Origin: Malacoraja senta
Taxonomy: Eukaryota
Direction of reading: 5' to 3'
Length of the DNA: 46,603 nt
NCBI GenBank assembly: GCA_038087875.1
Contig: JAXLNO010000206.1
Coordinates: 1-46,603, forward strand
Below, in pieces: positions 12,454 through 24,512 of the stretch. Below the pieces are notes generated by a model. The model was given only the letters and a program-made list of their open reading frames with translations. It was not told the origin of the DNA and did no database searches. Each line of letters begins with the position of its first letter. Positions within the stretch are counted from its first letter, which is position 1. Both the position numbers and the translations under genes were made by a program.

Positions 12454-12945
12454 GGGGCGTCAAAGACGTAAGAATCTAAGAATTGTAGGGGTGAAAGAAG
12501 GAAGTGAGAGGGAAATGGGCCCTCGGGGTTTTGTGGCAGACCTACTACAAAAAGCCTTAAAATTGGATCAAAAACCTTCACTCGGTCGAGCTCATAGAGC
12601 GCAGCGGCGTCGTACACAAGATGATGCCCATCCAAGACAAATTATCGTAAAGGTGCAACTGGATCATGAATTTGACGATATAATGAAGAAAATCGTCCGA
12701 AGCGGACAGCTCCAATTTGAAGGTGCGAGGTTCAGTATTTACTGAGATTATCCAGCAGAGGTCTTCAAGAAAAGGGCGCTGTTCACTGAGACAAAAAGAA
12801 TACTGAAGAATGTACCTGATTTGAGATATGGCCTGCTCTACCCCGCAAGACTAAGAGTCACCTACAAGAACAAGGAGCAATTTTTTACAGACCATGAAAA
12901 AGCACTGGAATTCGCCAAAGAAATCGGGAATGTGACCGCAGACTG
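12454..12945 (+). pseudogene. L1 ORF1p RRM/CTD fragment
   Basis: RRKNLRIVGVKEGSE...RAHR...PRQIIVK...IY*DY...YGLLYPARLRV. Confidence 0.85.
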
Positions 12946-13484
12946 AAGAATTTACATTACTCCTCAGGAGTCAAGGATTAACGGGACCGCCAGATCTAAA
13001 AGGATCTTTAAAGTTCTTTTAAGAGCTTTAAGGACATTTGAAAACCGAATGGACGGTGGACATTGGAGAAAACCGTGTTTTTTTTTATTTTTTTTATTTT
13101 TATTAATCACTATTATTATCTGTATATTCATATCTAACTATATATGTAATAACTAATACTTATTAAATATCTATATTACTACTAAAATTATTAACATTTA
13201 TATTACTCATACTGGGTATGATTGATAACAATGATTAATAACGAACAGTCTTTGGTTAACGTGGAAATGAATCATACTTATATTAAATAGGAAGATATGC
13301 AAGAGGTAATTCAGCCTACGTCATAATAAGGTTTGACAGTTTTTCTCTTTATTTTTCAATTTAAAATTAAATTTATAGATTTAGCGAGGATATTAATATG
13401 ATATGTAGAGAATAATAACATTATGAATTTATGCTGTTCTCGGACTTTTCTGCAGGGATGCATGCTTATATATGTATGCATGTG

Positions 13485-13523
<39 letters not shown>

Positions 13524-13850
13524 TTTCGGCACGGAGCTGGGAATTTTTTTTTTTTACAATGGCTACGGAAGTCTTTAGAATTCTAGCCACGTTAGTGTGG
13601 CTATCACTAACTACACTAATTGTAGATGTAGTTTTTTTTCTTTCACCCTATACTAACCAATTCTATCACTTTTTTCACTTTAAATATATTTATAACTTAA
13701 TGTTTGAATGGAAAAACAAGAATAATACAAGGAGATGTGTTCGGAAGAACGATGTATATGATTTTAAATTCATCTATTTGAGGTTCAGGAGCAGGGTCAG
13801 GTTTTATGTGTTGCACCTTCTGCTCGGTTATAGACCACCTTAGAAACAAT

Positions 13851-16800
13851 ATGCAAGATGTTAATATGACAAGAGGGGGTCAGGGAATAACATTTTGTAG
13901 TTGGAATGTCAAGGGAATCAATGAACCAATTAAGAGAGGTAAAGTCTTGGCACATCTAAATTTAATCAAAACAGATATAATATTCCTTCAAGAAACACAC
14001 CTTAAAAAGGAATCTCAACATAGACTTAAAGCTAAGTGGATCGCTGAATCATATCATTCCTCTTTTTCCCATAAGTCCAGAGGAGTTGCAATATTAATTC
14101 GTAAAGGAATATCTTTTACGAATTCATCAACAATAGCGGATATTGATGGTAGATATATTATATTAGTTGGAGAGCTAAATGGAGAAAAGGTGATTCTTCT
14201 GAATGTATATGGGCTTAATTTTGATAACCCTATGTTCTTTAATAAAACATTTAATAAAATTCCTGAATTTACACAATATAAATTAATAATTGGAGGAGAC
14301 TTCAATTGTACATTAGATTCATACTTAGATAGATCATCAAGGCAAAAAAAAGTAAAATCTCAATCAAGTGTATTTCTAAATTCATTTATTAATACCACTA
14401 ATATTAAGGATGTCTGGAGAATAGAAAATCCAACTGGACGGGAATATTCATTTTACTCTCCAGTACACAAAACATACTCAAGAATAGATTATTTTTTAGT
14501 TGACTCCACGTTTATCCCATTTACTTATAACTCAAAATACCATAATATTATAATCTCAGACCACGCACCTGTAACATTTATGATTAAATTAAATGGAATG
14601 TCCGAGAAACAAACATATTGGAGATTTAACCCACAAATTGTGAACGAAAGATCATGCCAGGAATATATTATTAAACAGATTCAAATATTTTTTGAGGTAA
14701 ATGATAATCCTGACACACCTACTTCTCTTATGTGGGAAACGTTTAAAGCGTTTGTTTGAGGTGCATTAATTTCTGCTCAAGTATTTTATAATAAAGAGAA
14801 CAGGGTTAAACAACAAACATTGGAAAGGGAAATCAAGCAACTAGATATAGAAAATGCGAGAATGCCATCTATTTCAAAACATAATAAAATTGCTGTATTG
14901 AAATATAAATTAAATAAAATGTATTCAGAACAAGTAATAAAACTTTATCAAAAAACCAAACAATTACATTTTGAATTTGGAGACAAACCACAAAAACTAT
15001 TAGCACGTCAGTTACGAAAAATGGAAGGGGAAAAAATAATTCATAAAATTAGAACAGAGACAGGAGAATTATTAAAAATGCCCAAGGACATAAATGAAAG
15101 ATTTCTCCAATACTATCATAACCTTTATTCAACTAAAACTGTAACACAAACAGAAGGAATAGCAGATTTCTTACTAAAATGTAATTTAAAAGGTTTAGAT
15201 TCAAATGATAGAGAATTATTAGAAAGGGAGATTACGATAAAGGATATTGAGGAGTCTATTGGCTCTTTAAAAAATGGTAAAGCAGTAGGTTTAGGCTCTG
15301 AATTTTATAAAAAAAATTATGACTTGCTTTGCCCACGTTTACAAAGGCTGTATGAGCATATCTATACTCAACAGAAACTCCCAGATACTTTCAATGAATC
15401 TATAATAACACTTATTCCTAAAGCTGATAAAGATCCGGAAGATCCGGGATCATATAGAGCAATTGCACTTTTAAATACAGATCAGAAAATATTAACTAAA
15501 ATACTAGCGCATAGATTAAGTACAGTGATGAATAAAATAATACACCCTGACCAAACAGGCTTTATTCAGAAACGGTACTCATATTATAATCTAAGAAGAT
15601 TATTTAATATTATTTATTCTAAGAGAATTATTAATGAAGATCTAGCAATAATCTCACTCGATGCTGAAAAAGCATTTGATCAAGTTGAATGGTCTTATTT
15701 ATTTTCGGTGATGGAAAATATGCAACTAGGGGAGAAATTCTGTAAATGGATAAAACTGTTATATACAAATCCTACGGCTAGAATATTAACAAATCAAAGG
15801 TTGTCATCAAAATTCAGCCTATCTAGAGGTTGTAGACAAGGATGCCCGTTATCACCATTATTATTTGCGCTTGCTATTGAGCCACTTGCAGAAAGAGTTA
15901 GGGGTCATTCGGAAATATATGGGTATATCACAAAGGACACAGTGAATAAAATTTCTCTATACGCAGATGATGTACTAATTTACATTACAAAACCAGAAAT
16001 TAGTATTCCAAACTTATTAGAGCTAATAACCCAATTTGGTTCACTCTCAGGATACAGAATAAATTGGAATAAAAGTGAAATTATGCCAATAAGGGAACAT
16101 AACAAACACATAATACAACAATTTCCATTTAAAATAGTAAACGAAAAATTTAAATACCTAGGTATCTATGTAACTAAGATATATACATCATTATTTAAAG
16201 CAAATTTCCCCCCCATTACTGAATAAACTACATAAGAATATTCAATACTGGAAAACACTTCCTATCTCAATGATTGGCAAAATTAATGCCATAAAAATGA
16301 TTTTTTTACCGCAAATATTATACCTTTTTCAGACAATTCCGATATATTTGTCAAAAAACTTTTTTTTTAAATTGGACTCCATTGTTAATGATTTTATCTG
16401 GGATTATAAGAATCATAGGATAAACAAAAGACATTTGTGTAAATCAAAAATAAATGGAGGTTTGGTTTTACCCAACTTTCTGTTTTATTTTTGGGCAGTT
16501 AATATTAAAAATATGAATTTCTGGTTGGAAGAAACAGATCAACAACCAGATTGGTTAAAAATGGAAAAGGAAGATTGTTTGCCTTTTGATATCGGTTCGA
16601 TATTATTTGCTACATCTAAATTAAACAAAAAAATTTATAGGGAAAACCCTATAATATTTAGTGCCATACGAATTTGGAAACAATTAAAAAAGACATTAAA
16701 ATTAGATAATTTATCACTTTTTCTCCCAATTGTGAATAACCCTTTGTTAAACCCTCATGGTTGGACAGGGGTTTTACACAATGGAAGAATTATGGAATTA

Positions 16801-17657
16801 AAAATATGGGACAACTTTATAAGGAAGGCACTTTTCTGACATTTCAGGAGTTGCAACAGACTTATGGACTTCGAGGAAATGATTATTTCAGATATCTTCA
16901 ACTCAGAGATTATGTAAAATCAAATACTCCAAATTTTCAAATTAGAAATTCAGAAATTCTTGACGAATGTTGGAATAAACATCCTAATACAGAAACATTA
17001 ATATCTTATATATATAATATCCTATTAGACAGTGACATTCCATCGACGGACTTACACAGACAAACATGGGAAAAATAATTAAATCAAATAATAACGAAAG
17101 ATACTTGGGAAGAAAGTTTACAACATATACATCAATGTTCATTAAATGCCAGACATTCTTTAATACAATTTAAAGTAATACATAGGTTACATTATTCAAA
17201 AACAAAATTACTTAAAATCTTTCAACATATCTCACCTATATGTGATAAATGTCAACATTTAGAAGCTACCTTATCTCATATGTTTGCAAACTGTATAAAA
17301 ATTAAAAAATTCTGGGTAAATATTTTTAGTATAATATCTAAAGTGACCAGCACACAAGTGGTCCCGGATCCAAAATTTATAATACTCGGAACATCAGAAT
17401 TAAATCAAACATTTACAACAACACAAAGAAACTTTATTGATTATAGTATAATAACAGGAAAAAAATTAATTCTAAAATTTTGGAAAGGCCCTACGGCCCC
17501 CACAATCAAAATGTGGATTATAGAAATGACGGAGACCTTAAACGTGGAAAGAATCAGACTTTCCCTGTTGGACAAACAGGAATTATTCGTTGGAATATGG
17601 TCTCCCTTTATTGATTATCTAAAGGGTCAGAATGGTTCAGCACGGGAACCTGACTAA
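13851..17657 (+). pseudogene. L1 ORF2 (APE endonuclease, RT, CCHC), disrupted
   Basis: SWNVKG, FLQETH, GGDFN, SRIDY, SDHAP; SLDAEKAFD, GCRQGCPLSP, YADD; CDKC...H...C. Stops or frameshifts near 14757, 16210, 16750 and 17076. Confidence 0.93.
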
Positions 17658-17772
17658 TGCTCGGGCTAAAGAATGGATGAAATGCTATACTCTGAAATGT
17701 ACGAATATATCTCGAATGAAGTTTTTTATTTTAATAAATTTTTCCATTCTTCTTTAACTATCTTTCTCTTTC

Positions 17773-17825
<53 letters not shown>

Positions 17826-20767
17826 CTCTCTTTTTCTTCTCTCTCTTTTCTTTCTTTACTTCATCTATCTTTTTAGTTCTATCTAGTTTAAAAAAAAAGG
17901 CAAAAAGTATTGGAGACAATGTAATAATAATTGTTAATATTATCAATTTAAAAATGTAAGACTGTAATGATGTTAATAGGTTATGTACTTATCTCCAATA
18001 AAAAATATTTTCAAAAAAAAAAGAAAAAAAAAAGTGCTGTGTATGAATGCGCGAAGTATAAGGAATAAAGTGGACGAGCTTGAGGCTCAGTTAGAAACTG
18101 GCAAGTATGATGTTGTGGGAATTACTGAGACATGGCTGCAAGAGGGCCAGGGCTGGGAACTGAATATTCAAGGGTGTACCTCCCATCGAAAAGACAGACA
18201 GGTGGGCAGAGGGGGTGGGGTTGCTCTGTTGGTGAGGAATGAAATTCAGTCCCTTGCAAGGGGTGACATTGAAACAGGAGATGTGGAGTCAGTATGGATA
18301 GAACTAAGGAATTTTAAAGGTAAAAAGACCCTAATGGGACTAATCTACAGGCCCCCAAACAGTAGCCTGGACATAGGGCGCAAGTTGAATCAGGAGTTAA
18401 AATTGGCATGAAGGGCTGGGAACTGAATATTCAGAGAGAGGGAGAATTATTAGGTGCTGAAATTTCAGTAAAAGATATTGAAGAGTCCATTAGATCTTTG
18501 AAAAATGGAAAGGTCGAAATTCTGAATTCTATAAACAAATTAATGATTTGATCTCCCCACGTCTACAGACATTATATAACTATGCCTTTACACAGCAGGT
18601 ACTGCCAGAAACTTTAAACGAATCAACAATAACACATACCAAAAACTGATAAGGATCTCGAGGACCCTGGTTCATATAGAGCAATAGCTCTTTTAAACAC
18701 TGATCAGAAGATATTAACTAAAATTTTAGCCGATAGATTAAGTTTAGTGATTCATAAATTAATACACCCCAATCAAACAGGTTTTATCCCAAAACATTAT
18801 TCATTCTATAATTTGAGACGATTGTTTAATATTATATACTCAAATAGAATACCTAATGTAGACCTAGCAGTCATCTCGTTAGATGCTGAAAAAGCATTTG
18901 ATCAGGTGGAATGGCCCTATCTTTTTTCTGTGATGGAAACATTTTAACTGGGTGAGAAGTTTTGTACATGGATTAAACTCCTATATACTAATCCAACAGC
19001 TAGAATATTGACAAATCAAATGTTATCATCCAAATTCAATTTATTTAGAGGTTGTAGACAAGGATGCCCACTATCTCCATTATTATTTGCCCTAGCAATC
19101 GAACCACTTGCAGAAAGTATCAGAGCCAATCCAGAAATTTATGGATACAATACTAAAGATACAGTTAATAAGATTTCTTTGTATGCAGATGATGTATTAT
19201 TATACATCACAAATTCAGAAACTAGTATTCCAAATTTATTAAATCTTATAACTCAATTTGGTTCATTCTCGGGATATAGAATTAATTGGAATAAAAGTGA
19301 AATTATGCCAATAACGGAACCAAACCCACATATATTGCAACAATCTCCTTTTAAAATAGTATATGAAAAGTTTAAATATCTTGGAATTTATGTGACTAAG
19401 AAATATACTTCTTTATTTCAATTAAACTTTCCTCCTCTACATAATAAACTACATAAGAATATTCAGTATTGGAAAACACTCCCCATTTCAATGCTTGGTA
19501 GAATTAATGCCATAAAAATGATTTTTCTTCCACAATTACTGTACCTATTTCAATCAATCCCGATCTATCTTCCAAAAAAATGTTTTTTTAAACTTGATTC
19601 TATTGTTACAAGCTTTATTTGGGACTACAAGAACCACAGAATAAGTAAAAAACAATTGTGTAAATCCAAGATGAATGGAGTATTAGTCTTACCAAATTTT
19701 CTATTTTATTTCTGGGCAGTTAATATTAAAAACATGACCTTCTGGTTGGAGGATATGGATCAACAACCAGATTGGTTAAAGATGGAAAAGGAAGACTGTT
19801 TACATTTTGAAATTGGCTCGATTTTGTTAACCCCGACAAAATTGAATAAAAAAACTTATAGTGGAAATCCGATAACATATAGTGGTATACGAACTTGGAA
19901 ACAATTAAAAAAGACTTTAAAATTGGATAATCTATCACTCCTTCTCCCTATTGTAAATAACCCTTCATTTAAACCCTCCGTGTTAGATAAAGGTTTTGCA
20001 CAATGGAAAACCCATGGAATTAAAAAGGTGGGACACCTTTATCGAAAGGGTATTTTTCTTTAATTTCAGGAGCTACAACAGAATTATGGACTACAACCAA
20101 ATAATTTTTTTAGATATTTGCAACTTAGAGATTATGTAAAATCACATACACAAGAATATAGAATTAGGGATCCAGAAATCCTTGATGAATGTTTGAATAA
20201 ACACCCTAATAGAGATAAATAGTAAGATTAAACGAGAACTTACCAGTTTGAAGTTTGATCTTTATTTTATGAGGAGTTACGTTGGTGATTACGTGAAGAA
20301 CCCCGTCAGTGCGCATGCGCGTCAATCTTCAAAGCAGCGGCATGAAATCACAGACAAAACCATAATTGAAGTAACATATTAAGATGATCAACATGAGAAC
20401 TACCATTATGACCTTTTTTCTATGAGAGAGGGTTGGGCGTGGCGGGCACGTAATCACCAACGTAACTCCTCATAAAATAAAGATCAAACTTCAAACTGGT
20501 AAGTTCTCGTTTAATCTTACTAATTTACTTCGGAGTCACGTGAGTGACTACGTGAAGATTTTAAAGCTCTGTGATTTTTATGCCGCAGATCAAAATCCCG
20601 GCTTCTCACTGCATCGATTGACTGAGTATCATCAATAATGCTGTAAACATGACATTGCATATCATGCAAAAACAAAACAGTTTTATTTTTGGTCATAAAA
20701 CAACCAATAAACCCTCTTAATGTAGGGCAACAAACGAAACAGAATGAAACAGTATTGAAAACAGACT

Positions 20768-21720
20768 TTAAACAATAGCAACAGCACTCAATATTGAGTT
20801 AGCAAACAGCCCTCCATCGGCAATCGGCCGATGGTAGTATTGCTGAAACACAAGTTCATTTTTCCAACCTGCGGCTTTTAATATATGGTCGATGGGAACG
20901 TCCATCGCCCTGGCCGCGGATGTTGCTACTGCGCTAGTGGATTGAGATGTAAACACATAAATGTTAATTCCTGCCTGAACCAACTCTTGCTTTAACCACC
21001 TTGAGATAGTCTGAACTGCCACTCTTTTATGTTGGCTTTTTGTAACTGACAAATAATCCTGTTTCTTCTTGTCTTAAAGCCCTTGTGGCTTCAATGTAAT
21101 GTAACAAATGTGTCCTTACACATAAACATGGAGCTGTAGGATATGCTGAGAACACAATCTTAAAACCTGTCACACCTGGCCTGCTTTGTTTGAGCAGGTC
21201 AGAAATATAAAACAGAACATTCTCTGTATTCACTTCCATTCTCTCGAACTGAAGTTTTTTGGAAAGTCTGCACTCTCTGTACTGACACCAATGCCATTAG
21301 CATAGCCAATTTCATGGTTAATTTTAACAAAGTTATAGCCGTGACAGGGACCCAATGACGAAGTATGTTACGAACAACGCTTACCTCGCAAATTACCATA
21401 TACCTAGGCTTAGGCGGTTTGGAATTAGATTCCTTTCATCAACCTAGATATGAGAGGGTGAGAACCTATACTTTGTGTCCGTGTACCTATTACAAGATAT
21501 GCGGACAAAGCACTTCTAGCTGTATTGATAGCAGTATAGCTAAGACCTTCATCATAATAAAGTGTAGATAAACTCTAACACATTTTCAATAACTACAGTA
21601 TCATATTGAATATTCTTTTGAACACAATATTGTTCCTTTTTTTTTTTCATAAGTCATATACTGTTTTTGAGTACTCTTTCTCCAGACTGCAGCGAGTATA
21701 TACACCGTTGGCCTAGAAAG
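20768..21720 (-). pseudogene. DIRS tyrosine recombinase
   Basis: LTMKLAMLMALVSVQRVQ, LLKQSRPG, TISRWLKQEL..AGI, QSTSAVATSAA...ILKAAGWKNELVFQQYY across frameshifted ORFs. Confidence 0.88.
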
Positions 21721-21859
21721 TCCTCGACCAATGTAAGGCATTCTTGAAACCTGCAAACTAACAGATCCATACCGTCACATAACGGATGAACTTAATGCGT
21801 TACTGGATGCTCCAGCAAATTCCTACTGTTTGGAATCAGCAAAAAGAGGTTGGATCGCT

Positions 21860-22060
21860 ATCTGTAACATCAAAGGGAACCATGGTTGAATCAGGCAATT
21901 TGGTATCACCAAAACCCCTGAAGCGGCATCCTGCTTGATTTTCTCAAACACCGACCTATGAGGCAGAATGGTGGGAAAATGTACACAAACATATCATCCC
22001 AATTTAGTGAAAAAGCATCAATTGCCACAGCCCCTGGATCTGGTGCCTATGAAACATATT
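21860..22060 (-). pseudogene. DIRS DNA N6-adenine methyltransferase-like (MT) domain
   Basis: Manual translation: YVS*APDPGAVAIDAFSLNWDDMFVYIFPPFCLIGRCL/KIKQDAASGVLVIPNCLIQPWFP. Confidence 0.8.
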
Positions 22061-22099
22061 TTGGCCTTCCATATAGAAGTACTATGTTCTTGAACACAT

Positions 22100-23400
22100 C
22101 CTGGTTCCACATCCACTCTGTGTTATGATGGAATTTTCGTGAGCTGCCATCTGGTACTACATTAAGTTTCCCTGGCAGATAGATAGCTCCAATCCAAATC
22201 TCTTTATCCCTACTCCAGGTCCAATTGTATTTGCCAACCTGTCACATGATAACGATTTGATTCCACCCATGTGATTCATATCAGCAACTGCTGCAGTGTT
22301 GTCTATTTTGCACTGCACATGCAAACTAGTTTAGTTAGTGCCATAAGCCTTGAGTCCATAAAATACTCTTGGTTAATTCCCCATGTATGCAGAAGCAATG
22401 TTCATCTGTCTCCACAGCTGGATCTTGTATCAGTAGCACCCTACCGAAGTGCTCTGACATCTGTCTGCAAATCATGGAAGCTTGGTCCAATAACACTTTG
22501 GAACTACTAGTGGACACATGCTGAATCCACCATTGTACATCAGCAACAGCCTCTATTGATAGAAGCATAGGTCTATTATAATGACCCCAATATATCCTCA
22601 ATGCTTTTTCCTTTGACCTTTGTAATTGTAGATAATAAAGTGGCCATATTGAACTGCTGGAAATGCTGCCAGCCATTACCACAGCAGTCTTGTCACCTGG
22701 CTAATTGAAGGCTGTGTGTTAGCAATTAACTTGATATAGCTCTTAATTAGCTGTACTCTTTTTTGCCTGGGCAAGGTCACAATGATGTTGATTAAGTCCA
22801 TTGTGAACCCAACTAGTCAATTTGTGTCACAGGTATAAATTTAGATTCCTCAGAATAGCTTATAAAGCCCAATTAAAAATTGGTTTTTACCAACTGCCAC
22901 TGATGCTTCAGCTGTTTCCTTTGATTGTCCTACAATCAAGATATTATCTAGCTAAACCATGATCACATGACCTTGACTTCTCTTCATACCTAGATTAGGT
23001 TTTAACAACTTTGTAATCCCTCTAGGAGCTGAAGACAAACCATTAGGCAGTGGATTGTATTGGCATAATTCCCATCCAGCTGAATTTTAAATCTTCTATC
23101 CTGCAAATGAACAGACACTGAATCCGCATCTTTAAGATCTCCTTCACAAACGTTTCCATCTTAAAATGTCTATACCGTACAAAAGGGTTAAGCCTATTCA
23201 GGTCTGTATAATTCTGCTTCCCCCCATCCTTTTTTGGTCTGGGAAAGATATTGGACACAACCTGATGGCTTTGGTAAACTGCCTTAGCAATTACACCTTT
23301 ATTACATAAGGTTGCAAGTTCCAGCTGAACTTCCAATTATTCAGTGATACTGAAGTCAAACTCCTTTTTTGGAACATGTTGCATGGGTAAATCAGAATTT
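22100..23400 (-). pseudogene. DIRS reverse transcriptase / RNase H
   Basis: SNIFPRPKKDGG...DLNRLNPFVRYRHFKMET; decayed catalytic motif IMV*LDNILI near 22935-22963; DVQWW; TDVRALR*GA (TDAS..GWGA-like). Confidence 0.85.
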
Positions 23401-24272
23401 GCATTTAAGCTTTATTCGATGCCCTTGAATAACCTTCAGTATAAACATATCTGAGGTAAACATTTAATTGTATCACATTAGATCTGTCTACATGAGAACC
23501 AGACCCTCTTACCTCCTTACCACCTGGCATTCTTCCCCGGCCTTGAGCTGGATATCTCACCTCCGTGGCGGTGCTACAGCCGAACGCCAACTGCGCTGCA
23601 TCGTAGCTGGACTCGTCCCTTGCCCGGACCAGTCTGCTCCCTTATAGGGATACTTCCGCTTTGGTGAATATGTGGCTGGCTTCTTAGCCTCCTCCTCCAG
23701 CTTCACCTGCTGTGCGAAATCCTCGCCAAACAGCTGTGCCGGTTGCACTGTGCCAGGCTGGCAGAGTGAAGCATATTTATCATTGATGGTTGGTCTAATC
23801 GCATCTTGCGGAGGCAGTTGATCTCAAAGTGGGCACTCCACAATAGCGCCTTTTGTTGTAATTTGTCATGGCCTCTCCATCTACCATCCTGGCAAAGCTC
23901 GTTATACCAGATGCCAGCAACTTTAAAATATGCTGGAGCTTCACATGCTCCTGGGCTTTCATTAGTATGCCCATCTTGCCCCAATTCTTCCTGTTCCCAA
24001 CAGGAACTTTTAACTGTCCTCAGTTGATTGGGGCTTCATACTTCGTTACTGTCTCATCCATTGTCAGCTCCTGTAGCTGATGTGAGACTTGGTAATTTAT
24101 GCTGGTGGCAAGTTCCTCACCCAGAGGCTCACCAGCATCCAACGACATGGCAAACCGTGCTGCACACGGTGTCAGCTCTGGCAGCTGCCTGCCCTCCCTT
24201 TGGATGTCGTCGGACTCAGGGTCAGAGCGTATCTGCCCTTCTGCACTCACCTCTTGCAAAGAGGGTGCTTTC

Positions 24273-24512
24273 AAGCAGGCCTCTACTAGGCACTGCCAGC
24301 GGAGCCATCCCCACGGCCTCCCGCCTGCACAACTCCTCCTGGAGTCTGGCTTTATGAAGCAGGCCTCTCCTAGGCACTGCCAGCAGAGCCTTCCCTAAGG
24401 CTTCCCGCCTGCACTACTCCTCCTGGAGTGTGGCTTTATGAAACAGAACCTCTCCTAGGCACTGCCAGTGGAGCCTTCCCAATGGCTTCCCACCTGCACT
24501 ACTCCTCCTGGA
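24273..24512. repeat. ~84-bp tandem repeat, ~3 copies, in the DIRS gag-like region
   Basis: Units start at 24273, 24357 and 24441 (aagcaggcctct..taggcactgccag...actcctcctggag). Confidence 0.9.

Larger units (their letters stand above)
12454..18030 (+). mobile_element. L1 element A, 5'-truncated within ORF1
   Basis: 15-bp TSD aaagtgctgtgtatg (12439-12453 / 18031-18045). Contains the ORF1 C-terminal half, a ~900-bp AT-rich spacer, ORF2, a T-rich 3' UTR, AATAAA near 17997 and an A-rich tail. Confidence 0.95.

Noticed and set aside
17673..17946. Poly-Phe / poly-Lys ORFs
   Set aside because: Translations of the poly(T) tract in the L1 3' UTR.
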